From NCBI GenBank assembly GCA_026982565.1, contig JALSGV010000044.1:8506-72505 (forward strand): 64,000 bases of DNA, given 5' to 3'. The notes beneath the pieces were generated by a model. It saw only the letters and a list, made by a program, of their open reading frames with translations. It was not told the DNA's origin and made no database searches. This DNA comes from Gammaproteobacteria bacterium (GTDB lineage: Bacteria; Pseudomonadota; Gammaproteobacteria; SZUA-140). Made by a program: the position numbers and the translations under genes. This document shows, piece after piece, positions 40,448 through 50,452 of this stretch. The stretch's first letter is position 1; every line of letters begins with the position of its first letter.

Positions 40448-43138
40448 TCAGAATACATCCAGCACCTTGAGGCTCGCGGCGGTAATGGCCAGTTGATAGA
40501 GGACCTGGCTGACATCGACCATCAACTGGTGGCTGCTGATACGGTCCAGCTTGAAAGGCACGACTATAACATCTCCTGGACCGATCCTGGCCTTTTTGCT
40601 CTGCACCACCGACCCATCGACATGGACCACATAGATCATCCGCTTGTTCCCTTTCTCATTGACCCCGCCACTGAGGCGGATATAGTCGTTCACGTCGAAT
40701 TTGCTGTGATAGAGATGGGAGGTGGGATGATAGACCTCTCCCATGACGATGACATCCTCGTACTGGTGGGGAATGAAGAGCTTGTCACCCGGCTGCAATG
40801 TGATATCGAAAGCCTCTCGATTCTCCAGTATGGCATCCAGCCTGATGACCATGCGCCCCAGGGCCCTGGCCTTCCGCATCTGCCCCAGCAGCACCTCCCC
40901 CTCCATCAGGGCCTTGTCCTTGTCCTTGCCGATATCCCGCCCCTCCACGCTGATGGTGGCCAGATCCTGTTCCAGGCGCGACGCCAGACGGTTGATCTGC
41001 TCCTGCTCGCGCAACCGTATGGACTCGCGCACGAAGACCGCCCCCTTGGGATAGGCGTCCTCCGTCAGGCCACCGGCCCGCCTGAGGAGATCGCTGAGCT
41101 TTTCTCCGCGCTCGATGGGATAGGTACCGGGGAAACGCACTTCTCCGGAAATCTCGAAACGGCCCTGGTCGGTCCAGTCGGGAATACGCCGCACCACGAT
41201 CTGGTCATAGGGCCTTACGGCGATATCACTGTGCTCATCGCCCTGGATCACGGCGCTGATATCGATTTCCATGCGCTGTTGCACCCTGCGCTCCCCCTGC
41301 TCCACCACAAAGCGGGTCAATTCCGCCTTGAGGGTATAGGCGCTATCTGTGAGGCCACCCGCCGCCTTCAACAAAGTACTGACCCTCATCTCCGCGGAAA
41401 CCGGATAACGCCCAGGATGGTGCACCATACCGGAAACCGTGGCCTCCTTGTACAGGCTGCCTGGCCGCGCCTGATAGCGCATGGTGTCCAGCAGGGGATC
41501 GATGACCTTGCTGCGGTCGTCATGTATATCAAAAACATAGACCTCATCCCGCGGTTGCAGCAATTTATCGGCGGCGCCCTTTCCCAGCAGCGCCTCGTTG
41601 AGATCCGTGGCCAGCAGCTCTATTCCGCGGTCATGAGGATTCTCGCGCTTGATGAGCACATAGCGGCTGTCGGCACCGGGCAACAAGGCCCGCATGCCGC
41701 CAATCAGGTCCGTCATGCGCATGCCCTTGAACCATTGCCTGATTCCCGGCCGTTGCACATGCCCATAGAGACTGACGATATTTTCCAACTGGCCCGATAC
41801 GGACGGAATGGAGATGATGTCGCCATCCCGCACCGGCATCTCCCGCCCGCCCGGCTGGCTCAGGTCGATGGCCACCATGATGCGCGCACCCGAGCTGCTG
41901 AAACGTTCGATACTGGCCTCCTGAAGCAGGGCCCCGGGCGCATAGCCTCCCGCCATCTCGACCAGTTCAGCCACTGTCCGCTCCCCTTTCAGTTCATAGA
42001 TGGCGGGCCGCCTCACCTGACCGTCGACAGTGACGGTTTGCCCCACAGGGGGGATGAATATCACGTCGCCCGGCAACAGGCGGACGTTGCTGCGCATATC
42101 CCCCTTTAACAGAAGATCGTAGAGGTCGAGGCGCGCGATGGTCTTGCCGTCACGCTTGAGCTGGATATTGCGCAGGCTGCCAATGGTCTTGACGCCGCCG
42201 CTGGCAAAGAGGGCATTGGTCATATTCGACAGGCCGCTGATCACATAGGAGCCTGGCTGTTCCACATCACCCATGGCAAAAACACGAATGGAACGCAGTT
42301 TCCCCAATGTCACCGAGGCCTTGACGCCAATCAGCTGGGTGGCGATGCGGTTGCGGATCTCCCTCTGCAGTTGGGAGAAGGTCAGGCCCGAGACAGGCAC
42401 AGGGCCAATACTGGGCAGCAGCAACATGCCATTGCGCGTGACCGGCAGTTCGTACTCCACGTTCTCCTTGCCAAACAGTTGCACCAGCACCGTATCCCCC
42501 GGCCCCAGCACATAGTTGTCGGGGACGGGGACGCCCGTGACGGCCCTCAGGGCCTCCTGTTTTCCCGAAAACAAATCGTAACCGAAGGGTTTGACCTCCT
42601 GCTCCAGGGGGAGGATCTTGAACGTCACCGCCAGGCCTGCAAAAGCGGGCTCCGCCTCGATACGTTCCGCCGCCTCCCGCTCACTGAGCCCCGCCAGGGG
42701 TATCCGGCCCACATTGCCGAGGGTCAACCCTCCGCCATTATCCAGTACGAACAGGGTGCGATCAGGAATGCGCACATCCCGTTTCGTCATCGCTTTCGCT
42801 TCCAGGCCGGCCTCATCCGGCCTCGCGCTGAACCTCAGCAGAATGGTTTCACCACCAAAGATGCGGGGAATATCGGGTGTCGCAGATTTTGTATCCGTGG
42901 GGTTCCCTGGTAGAAACGCCGCAGACCTGGAGAAATCCTCCTCCACCGACCAGTCGGCGCCTAGCTCCTGGTTCTGGCTCCCCGCGGCCCTGTTTCCCAT
43001 CTGCCCGGAAGCGCCCTGGAGCCCCTGCAGTTGCTTCATCATCTGTGGCGTGACCTCCAGGGCGAACACGCCATGGAAACACCAAAACAGGGCTGACAGG
43101 ACGACGACTGCTTTCCAGAAATTATTCATGTGAATCAT
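40448..43138 (-). CDS. polysaccharide export protein with multiple SLBB domains (Wza/KpsD-like)
   Basis: Signal peptide, FGYDLF, YVLGPGD, repeated GxVxxPG SLBB units. Confidence 0.9.
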   Translation of the reverse strand: MIHMNNFWKAVVVLSALFWCFHGVFALEVTPQMMKQLQGLQGASGQMGNRAAGSQNQELGADWSVEEDFSRSAAFLPGNPTDTKSATPDIPRIFGGETILLRFSARPDEAGLEAKAMTKRDVRIPDRTLFVLDNGGGLTLGNVGRIPLAGLSEREAAERIEAEPAFAGLAVTFKILPLEQEVKPFGYDLFSGKQEALRAVTGVPVPDNYVLGPGDTVLVQLFGKENVEYELPVTRNGMLLLPSIGPVPVSGLTFSQLQREIRNRIATQLIGVKASVTLGKLRSIRVFAMGDVEQPGSYVISGLSNMTNALFASGGVKTIGSLRNIQLKRDGKTIARLDLYDLLLKGDMRSNVRLLPGDVIFIPPVGQTVTVDGQVRRPAIYELKGERTVAELVEMAGGYAPGALLQEASIERFSSSGARIMVAIDLSQPGGREMPVRDGDIISIPSVSGQLENIVSLYGHVQRPGIRQWFKGMRMTDLIGGMRALLPGADSRYVLIKRENPHDRGIELLATDLNEALLGKGAADKLLQPRDEVYVFDIHDDRSKVIDPLLDTMRYQARPGSLYKEATVSGMVHHPGRYPVSAEMRVSTLLKAAGGLTDSAYTLKAELTRFVVEQGERRVQQRMEIDISAVIQGDEHSDIAVRPYDQIVVRRIPDWTDQGRFEISGEVRFPGTYPIERGEKLSDLLRRAGGLTEDAYPKGAVFVRESIRLREQEQINRLASRLEQDLATISVEGRDIGKDKDKALMEGEVLLGQMRKARALGRMVIRLDAILENREAFDITLQPGDKLFIPHQYEDVIVMGEVYHPTSHLYHSKFDVNDYIRLSGGVNEKGNKRMIYVVHVDGSVVQSKKARIGPGDVIVVPFKLDRISSHQLMVDVSQVLYQLAITAASLKVLDVF

Positions 43139-43364
43139 GTAAGTACAAGCCTGGTGCCAAGCAATTGATACTGCCAGCAGACAACAGCAATTGCCTCAGC
43201 CAGGACTGATTGACCGCAACCGGCTGATGAGCAAATTTTATTATTGTTAACCCGGCAACAATATATATGATAGCCGGGTTAATAAGAGATGACCCTTCCA
43301 GATCACGGAACATGAGAATACCACATCAGGGCTAAGAACTGATGGCAAGAGGGACAGGGCCCGC

Positions 43365-45485
43365 CTATTTGCCGAAATCCGTCCATGGCCCGATTTCACT
43401 GCTATCCAGCATGAGTGGACGTTCGACCAAGCTGTACAGATCCCCTGGAGACGCCACCATCTGGCCCACATCCCTGGTCCACGGCGCAATGGACATGCTG
43501 GCAAAGGCCTGGGTGTCCTTGGTCAACATGGCGTTCAGGTAAACCATCATATAGATGCCCTTGTCGTAATAGGGGTCGTCCGGGCTGCCCGGCGACGTGA
43601 TGTCGTCACCATCGGTCATGGTATACCAGGCGCCCAGCTCGACGCCCGAGCGGAAACGGCGCTTCAATTCAAAGCGCACGCCATTGTCCCTGGCCAGGAA
43701 GCGTCCTCCCCGGGCGGTCGCCGTCAGCCCCATGACGGGCATGCGGTAGTGAAGGGCCCCCAGGGCCGTCAATACAGAGTAATTCCGGAAGTCCAGATAG
43801 CCGTCGGGGGAGCGCTGCCTGAGCCAGTCGATGCTCAGGTCCACGGCCCAATCTCCCGCGCGCGGCAGATACAATACCTGCCCTCCTATCCCGGCAAACA
43901 TCTCCTCGTAGTAACCGGCGGATACACGGCTGAAGACACGTTCACCCAGGAGGGTGAATTTATTGATCAGAAATTTGTCCAGATTGAGGCGCCCGCCCTG
44001 CAGATATTGGGCGATATCCGAGCGCACATGGGGCAGCTCGCTATTGGATGCCTGCGTGACTTTACTGACATCTTCGAGAAGGGTGAAGCGCACACCGCTG
44101 TCCAGAAAGAAACCCTGTCCAAAATGCTTGCGATATTGCGCCAGGGAGTAGATATCATAGTGAAAGGCGCCGCTGGGGTCGTTCACGAACAGGCGCACGT
44201 TAAAGGGCACCACGTGAAGACTGGACAGGCGCCGGTCCTCCCATTTGAAAGCCAGCAGATGCCCCTCATTGTCCTCGGCGGTCTCCAGCTTCTCCACCTG
44301 CTCTTGGTGCAGGGCATCCTCAATCGCCGCATGGCGCCGGCCAGACTGTGGCGCCGCGAAGCTCACCTCAACGGATTGACTCAGCCTTTCCTCCGCGACT
44401 TCGCCATTGAAATAGGACCTCAACACATTCAGGTCCGTGAAATGATACGTCAGCAACGGCAGATCATTACGCGTATAGGTAATGTGGAAGGCCTCCATGT
44501 CGGAAGGCCCTGACAACAACAGGGTGCGCGCCGCGCGGCCTACCGCCCTTCCCATCAGGAAGATGCGAGGATGGGTCAGGTTCACGCGAACCACTCCGCC
44601 ACTGATCTCCACGTGGACATTTTTGTAACCCTGCATTTCCAGGTCTCTGAGCAAGATCCCGCCATACCTGGAATCCTGACGCCACGCCTCCATGGCCCGC
44701 TGCCGCCGCTTTTCCCGAAACGGCGCCGGCTCATCGAACTTGGGGATATATTCCTTGCGACCCAGAGGAATGGACACAAACAGGTTGCCCCCAAGATCAC
44801 CACTATTGTAGGAGAGCTGGGCGCCAATCCAGCCCATTCGATACTCCACGCCATAGGTCATGCCTCCGACCTTTTCATCAGCACCGGATTCAGCCGCCCG
44901 CAGGTCGCTCTTATAGTCATTGGCGTCATATTCCAGCACCAAACCCAGCCTCTCGTGCCAGGAAGGGCTGTAGCGCAGGCCGCCATACAGGCCATCGATA
45001 CGATCCGTGCCATACCCAAGGACCACATCGACATCGTCAAGAAATCTCTTGTTCAGCGCGATGAAATGGGCCGAGAACAGGCGGGTGCCGGTGAAGTCCT
45101 GTGTGCCCGCAGAAACCGCGGGAAAAAAACGCGACTCCCGCAACAACAGCAATTTGGCATCGAAAGCCTTGTCCTTGTAGTCACCGAAATCCGCGCCTTC
45201 GACATCCTGAAAGGCGGAAACACCGTCGAGGCGGGTATACCGGGCAGAGAGTTCCAGCCGGGGAAGGAAGCTGATGCTGCTCCAGATAGCGCCATAAGGG
45301 TCATTGTAGCTGACGCCAAAGCGCAAGACGCCTTCGCTGGCGATCCGACCGTCAGGCATATTGATCAGGCCCGTCTGGCCGGTTGAAGATGGCTGAGCAT
45401 GCAGCCACAGAGGATTCAGCAGGAAACACAGGCCAAACCAAGCGGCCTTAGCGCGCCGGCCATTCCGCGAACGCGCTGCCGTCAA
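43365..45485 (-). CDS. YjbH/GfcD-family outer-membrane protein
   Basis: GQTGLINMP, DKAFDAK, GYYEEMFAG, PWTRDVGQ. Confidence 0.85.
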   Translation of the reverse strand: MTAARSRNGRRAKAAWFGLCFLLNPLWLHAQPSSTGQTGLINMPDGRIASEGVLRFGVSYNDPYGAIWSSISFLPRLELSARYTRLDGVSAFQDVEGADFGDYKDKAFDAKLLLLRESRFFPAVSAGTQDFTGTRLFSAHFIALNKRFLDDVDVVLGYGTDRIDGLYGGLRYSPSWHERLGLVLEYDANDYKSDLRAAESGADEKVGGMTYGVEYRMGWIGAQLSYNSGDLGGNLFVSIPLGRKEYIPKFDEPAPFREKRRQRAMEAWRQDSRYGGILLRDLEMQGYKNVHVEISGGVVRVNLTHPRIFLMGRAVGRAARTLLLSGPSDMEAFHITYTRNDLPLLTYHFTDLNVLRSYFNGEVAEERLSQSVEVSFAAPQSGRRHAAIEDALHQEQVEKLETAEDNEGHLLAFKWEDRRLSSLHVVPFNVRLFVNDPSGAFHYDIYSLAQYRKHFGQGFFLDSGVRFTLLEDVSKVTQASNSELPHVRSDIAQYLQGGRLNLDKFLINKFTLLGERVFSRVSAGYYEEMFAGIGGQVLYLPRAGDWAVDLSIDWLRQRSPDGYLDFRNYSVLTALGALHYRMPVMGLTATARGGRFLARDNGVRFELKRRFRSGVELGAWYTMTDGDDITSPGSPDDPYYDKGIYMMVYLNAMLTKDTQAFASMSIAPWTRDVGQMVASPGDLYSLVERPLMLDSSEIGPWTDFGK

Positions 45486-45500
45486 GGCCAGAAGAAATTA

Positions 45501-45908
45501 TCAGGGGCTGACGCCGTGCGTTGGGGTTGAATTTCCACCGCCCCCTCCACCGCCGGCTACTGCGGCCAGCAAGGCCGCCAATCCGACGCCTACGCCAATA
45601 GCGATTTTGGAAACACCCTTACCTGACGTTGCAGCCTCCCCAGTCTCTCCAACGCCAGTTGTCGCCTCGGACCCAGGAGGCGACACATCAGAAGGGTCGG
45701 AAACAGGCGCTTCCGCTTCTTTGGATGGCTTTTCATCCGACCTGGGTTTGACGATCCCGATGGCGGCCGCCAACTGGACGGAGGCTTCGCCCTGACCCGG
45801 CGCCCGGGGCGGCGCACCCGCAAGGGACTGGGCCGCGAGATGAGGACTCGCAAAAACCAGAATCACGCACAAGGTAAAAACTCTATGCATTCGCATACTT
45901 CTGTTCAT
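45501..45908 (-). CDS. hypothetical exported/membrane protein
   Basis: Signal peptide, low-complexity linker, C-terminal hydrophobic helix plus poly-Gly. Confidence 0.6.
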   Translation of the reverse strand: MNRSMRMHRVFTLCVILVFASPHLAAQSLAGAPPRAPGQGEASVQLAAAIGIVKPRSDEKPSKEAEAPVSDPSDVSPPGSEATTGVGETGEAATSGKGVSKIAIGVGVGLAALLAAVAGGGGGGGNSTPTHGVSP

Positions 45909-46028
45909 GACCTACCCTCCCCCTGGCATCAGTCCCTGTTGAGTAACCCCTGAATCCGTAGGTTCAGGTAATCGATAGAGGCGATTGTATACACTTTTGA
46001 ACAAGGAAGCCAAATGGCTGACAAAGCC

Positions 46029-48038
46029 TCATTCATAAGTATGGAAAAAGCGCGTGATAAGCACATCCCGGCCCCGCTTTTCCACATCGATCTTCACCCG
46101 CCCCTTGACGGTCGTAATTGAAGGCTCCCCCTTCAGAAGCACCTTGACCTCGAAGCCCCCCTCCCCCTGGGCACGATCCTTCCCGCTTTGCGTCCATGTC
46201 AGGTCCTCGATAATAAACTGACGCTTTTCCGTTACTTCAAACAGCTCCCGATAGTCTCCGGCAATACCTTCTCTATCATTACGATCATTGGTGCGCGCAT
46301 CCTGGGCAAAAACACTCAATAACCCCCGCAGATCGCCCTCTTCATAGCTGCGCACAAAGACCCTCATCATGCTGTCCAGTTCTTCCTGTGGAATAGCTTC
46401 TATCCGGGGCGTTTCCATAAGGGGCGGCGGCGGTGGCAGACTGGCTATCCCCGTCACCGATTCGCCCCTGGATGGAACGTCGAATGTGGGAGCGGCGGAC
46501 TCCCCAGCGGGAAGCTGTTGGATTTTACCTTGCATCCCGGGTTGAACCGGCACGGCGGTGGGAACCGGTCCTGGAGCAAGCGGGACAGCAGGCTCCGCTG
46601 CCTTCATGGAAACAGCGGCGGGTTTCTCTACTTGCTTCTTAGCGGGTTTGCTTATCAGGGCCTCAACCCTTTTCTGCATCGGGGCGGGCACATTGACTGG
46701 AGCGGGCACGGGTGGCGTCTGAGATGTGCGCCGGGGCGACAAGGTCAAGCCGGTTACAACAGGCTCCTCACGGCGTTCGTCCGCGGGCGCCTTCTCTGTT
46801 GTAATTTTCTCCACGACCGGGGCTTCCTTCTTCTCCTCCACGACGCTCTGAAGCGGTTCTCTCTCCCCTTCAGACTGAGCAACGGGTCGTGAATCTCGCG
46901 GCTCCTCTTCCATTTCAGGGCTGGCTGGAACAGCGGCCTCCTCCTTAGGCACTCCCAATGGTTCCTTTTCCGGGGCCTCAGGAGAAATGGCTGCCGGGCC
47001 GACCGCATTCCCCGCAAGGACAGGCATTTCAGGCGCGGCCGCCGACGGCGCCCTTGCCGCGCCGGGATCCACCGTTCCATCTTCACTGAATAGCGCTGAC
47101 AACTGTCCCGGCGCTATCTGATATTCATAGACAGCCGCCAAAACGCCCACAAAGACAAGCAATGTGGCCAGTATCACCCCCCACCTGGCTGAAGAGCGGC
47201 CCCGGGACCTGTGCTGATAGGCTGCCTCGACTGCCGATCCAAGATCTTCATCGGCCACAATGGGAGCGATTTTGCTACTGCGCCTCCCTTCCTCTTCAAC
47301 GTCCGGCATCACAGGGGTGACCGGGGGCGCTGCCCGCACGCCCGCGTCGTTATAAGCGCGCTCAATACTGTCCGCAATAAAGGACTCTTCATCCTGAGCG
47401 GAGGCTACGGCGCTTGCCACGCCATTCTCACGAACTGCCGTTCCAGCTAACCCGCCCGGCAACGAAGCTCCGCTTCCGGCCACGCCTTCAGGCCGCGTTC
47501 CGGTTTGTTCAGGTTCATTTTTCTTTTTCACCTTGGCGAATGAAACGATGGAACGGGCAAAGGAATGCGTATCTTCCTTTTGTCTATTGATTTCCCCGCC
47601 GCCTGGCGATGGCCCAGCCTGGCGCAAATCATATTCGCGCCGTTTTGCAGGATCCCTCAGGATGGAATAGGCGCGGTTGATGCATTCAGCGAATTCGGCG
47701 CTCCACCCCTCCGCCATATCGTCCCTGTCCAGCATGAAAAGATGCATCAGCAAATGGTAGTGCCTGCGGATCTGCTCCTGGGTTGCGTGACGATCCACGC
47801 CCAAATGGCGATAATAGTCGCCACCCGGGACAAACAACACGCGCCCCACGAAGAAGGATGCCGCAGCCACCAATTCCTCGGATAGACGGCTTTCCGGATC
47901 CGCCGCGTCCTCGGCGGCAACCGTTTCCAGCAGCTTGCCGAGATCCTCGGGCAACGGCTTGTCCGGCCCGATCAGAGCAGCGAAATGCGAGGGGTCCTCG
48001 CGGAAATCCAGCACCAGCTGAAAGATGTCATATGTCAC
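46029..48038 (-). CDS. J-domain-like membrane protein with Pro-rich linker and C-terminal NTF2-like domain
   Basis: DYYRHLGV...INRAYSILRDPAKRREYD, one TM helix. Confidence 0.7.
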   Translation of the reverse strand: MTYDIFQLVLDFREDPSHFAALIGPDKPLPEDLGKLLETVAAEDAADPESRLSEELVAAASFFVGRVLFVPGGDYYRHLGVDRHATQEQIRRHYHLLMHLFMLDRDDMAEGWSAEFAECINRAYSILRDPAKRREYDLRQAGPSPGGGEINRQKEDTHSFARSIVSFAKVKKKNEPEQTGTRPEGVAGSGASLPGGLAGTAVRENGVASAVASAQDEESFIADSIERAYNDAGVRAAPPVTPVMPDVEEEGRRSSKIAPIVADEDLGSAVEAAYQHRSRGRSSARWGVILATLLVFVGVLAAVYEYQIAPGQLSALFSEDGTVDPGAARAPSAAAPEMPVLAGNAVGPAAISPEAPEKEPLGVPKEEAAVPASPEMEEEPRDSRPVAQSEGEREPLQSVVEEKKEAPVVEKITTEKAPADERREEPVVTGLTLSPRRTSQTPPVPAPVNVPAPMQKRVEALISKPAKKQVEKPAAVSMKAAEPAVPLAPGPVPTAVPVQPGMQGKIQQLPAGESAAPTFDVPSRGESVTGIASLPPPPPLMETPRIEAIPQEELDSMMRVFVRSYEEGDLRGLLSVFAQDARTNDRNDREGIAGDYRELFEVTEKRQFIIEDLTWTQSGKDRAQGEGGFEVKVLLKGEPSITTVKGRVKIDVEKRGRDVLITRFFHTYE

Positions 48039-48469
48039 TGTTTTAGTACTCCTCGGAATTTTCCGGGAAAACCTGTCCGTTATATACTATATCGACCCTG
48101 GGCCGCGCCCCTTGAACCCAGGTCGAATCCTGATTCTATCAAGGCCCACTACAAACATTCCATTTATTTCAAAACGTTAGCCTATGAGGCGGCAATACTT
48201 GGCAACCGGCTCCCCGCGGGCCAGTTCAGGCTTTATACGTGTCAGCCCCCTCAGAAAACTAGCGCGTTCCGAGCCACAGATCAACAAGCAACTGCTTCAC
48301 CCGCGAAACGTTAAAGATATTTACCGGCTTTGTCGATGGTGAAGCAGAGGTTGTAAATTTATTGCAGATAATTGCTATACTTGTATCCCTTGCACGCCAA
48401 GGCAGCGACCAAGAGACAAACAGCAAAATGCAATGATGGACGTCACAAGATTTGGAGCAAATCCGAACC

Positions 48470-50380
48470 ATGAATCGTGCGCTGAACGTAGACTATGGCT
48501 TTCCCGCCCATGATACGTTGTATCAAGTTTTTGAGACCAAGGCCAAAACAAATCCATCCGATGCCGCCATCGAAGCGCCAAGCAGGGAAGCGCTCGACTT
48601 TTGGAATCTCGGCAAGCATATCAACGCCACGATCGCCTGCCTGAACGAGGCCGGCATCGGCCGGAATGACCGGGTCGCACTGGTACTTCCCAATGGTCCT
48701 GAAATGGGTGCGGCTTTCCTGGCCGTAGGCGCTGCAGCCACCTGCGCGCCACTCAATCCCGGATATCGTAAAAGTGAATTTGAGTTCTTTCTGTCTGACC
48801 TCAACGCCAAGGCGCTCCTGATTCAGGCGGGCATGGACTCTCCGGCCAGGGATGTGGCTGCTGAACGCAAGATACCCATCATAGAACTTCAACCCAGTCT
48901 GGATGACCCGGCGGGCGTTTTCTCCTTACGCTGCGGCACCCGCCACACTATCAGTCATGGAGGACCCGCGCAACCCGGTGACATAGCCCTGGTCCTGCAT
49001 ACCTCCGGGACAACATCAAGACCCAAGATCGTCCCACTGACGCACCGTAACATCTGTACCTCGGCCCATAATATCGGCCTTACGCTTGATTTGAGCAGTA
49101 AGGACCGCTGCCTGAATGTGATGCCCCTATTCCATATCCACGGGTTGATCGCCGGGATCCTTTCTTCCCTGGCCGCAGGCGGGAGCACGGTCTGCATGAG
49201 TAAATTTTCAGCCGCGGGATTTTTCGAGTTGCTGCATCAGTACAAGCCCAGCTGGTACACCGCCGTACCCACCATCCATCAGACCTTGTTGTCCAAACTG
49301 GACGAACACCGGGATCAACTCGAAAATCATCGCTTGCGATTCATTCGTTCCTCGTCTGCCGCCCTGCCGCCACAGGTGATGGCCGATCTGGAAGAAGCAT
49401 TTGGCGTTCCAGTCCTGGAGTCCTATGGCATGACCGAGGCTGCACATCAAATGGCCAGTAACCCACTTCCTCCCCTGACCCGCAAACCCGGCTCGGCCGG
49501 CCTGGCTGCGGGACCGGAGGTCGCCATCATGGATGAAAAAGGGAACCTGCTGCCCCCTGGCGAAAAAGGGGAAATCGTTATTCAAGGCGACAATATCACC
49601 AGCGGCTACGAAGGCAACGAACAGGCCAATGCCGAAGCCTTTACCAATGGCTGGTTCCGCACCGGCGACCAAGGCTACCTCGATAATGAGGGCTATCTTT
49701 TCATAACCGGACGGCTCAAGGAAATCATCAACAGAGGGGGAGAAAAGGTATCACCCAGGGAAATCGATGAGCTTCTCGTAGAACACCCCGATGTCTCGCA
49801 GGCTGTCGCCTTCGCCTTGCCCCATCCCTCACTGGGTGAGGACATCGCGGCCGCTGTTGTCCTGCACGAAGGAGCGAACCTCACAGAGGCCGCATTACGC
49901 GATTATCTTTTTGGAAAGATCGCCGACTTCAAGATTCCCAGCCAACTGCTGATCGTCGACATGATCCCCAAAGGTCCCACGGGAAAGGTACAACGAATCG
50001 GGCTGGCGGAAAAGTTCTCCGATCTTTTGACCCGCGACCACCTTGCCCCTGAAAGCGACCTGGAAAAAACCATCGCCGATATAATCAAGGAGGTCTTGGG
50101 CGCGGAAAATATCAGCATGAACGACAATTTCTTCGCATTGGGAGGAGATTCCATTCGCGCGACCCAGGCAGCCGCGCGCATTCGCGCCACGTTCCAGGTT
50201 GAACTCCCCATCATTACCCTGTTCAGAAAACCTACAGTCATCGAACTTGCAAACGAAGTTGCCCACCTGACAGAGAATAAAGGCGATGATGACATCGCCG
50301 ATATCCTGGCTGAACTGGAATCCATGTCCGATGAAGACGCGGAGCGCTTGCTCAATGAACTGGATGACACGGGCCGCTGA
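48470..50380 (+). CDS. adenylation-carrier didomain; A domain resembles AAE3/Pcs60 oxalate-CoA ligases
   Basis: LHTSGTTSRPK, PLFHIHGL, YTAVPTIHQ, LRFIRSSSA, YGMTEAAHQMASNPLPP; PCP FFALGGDSI; acidic C-terminal helix. Confidence 0.85.
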   Translation: MNRALNVDYGFPAHDTLYQVFETKAKTNPSDAAIEAPSREALDFWNLGKHINATIACLNEAGIGRNDRVALVLPNGPEMGAAFLAVGAAATCAPLNPGYRKSEFEFFLSDLNAKALLIQAGMDSPARDVAAERKIPIIELQPSLDDPAGVFSLRCGTRHTISHGGPAQPGDIALVLHTSGTTSRPKIVPLTHRNICTSAHNIGLTLDLSSKDRCLNVMPLFHIHGLIAGILSSLAAGGSTVCMSKFSAAGFFELLHQYKPSWYTAVPTIHQTLLSKLDEHRDQLENHRLRFIRSSSAALPPQVMADLEEAFGVPVLESYGMTEAAHQMASNPLPPLTRKPGSAGLAAGPEVAIMDEKGNLLPPGEKGEIVIQGDNITSGYEGNEQANAEAFTNGWFRTGDQGYLDNEGYLFITGRLKEIINRGGEKVSPREIDELLVEHPDVSQAVAFALPHPSLGEDIAAAVVLHEGANLTEAALRDYLFGKIADFKIPSQLLIVDMIPKGPTGKVQRIGLAEKFSDLLTRDHLAPESDLEKTIADIIKEVLGAENISMNDNFFALGGDSIRATQAAARIRATFQVELPIITLFRKPTVIELANEVAHLTENKGDDDIADILAELESMSDEDAERLLNELDDTGR

Positions 50381-50452
50381 CCACCTGCAACAAATCCAGA
50401 AACACCCATAAAACCGCTCGGCAGTGAAGAAGGAATACGCAAGGATAAATAA

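Noticed and set aside
40421..42109. 562-aa plus-strand ORF
   Set aside because: Antisense shadow of the SLBB export gene
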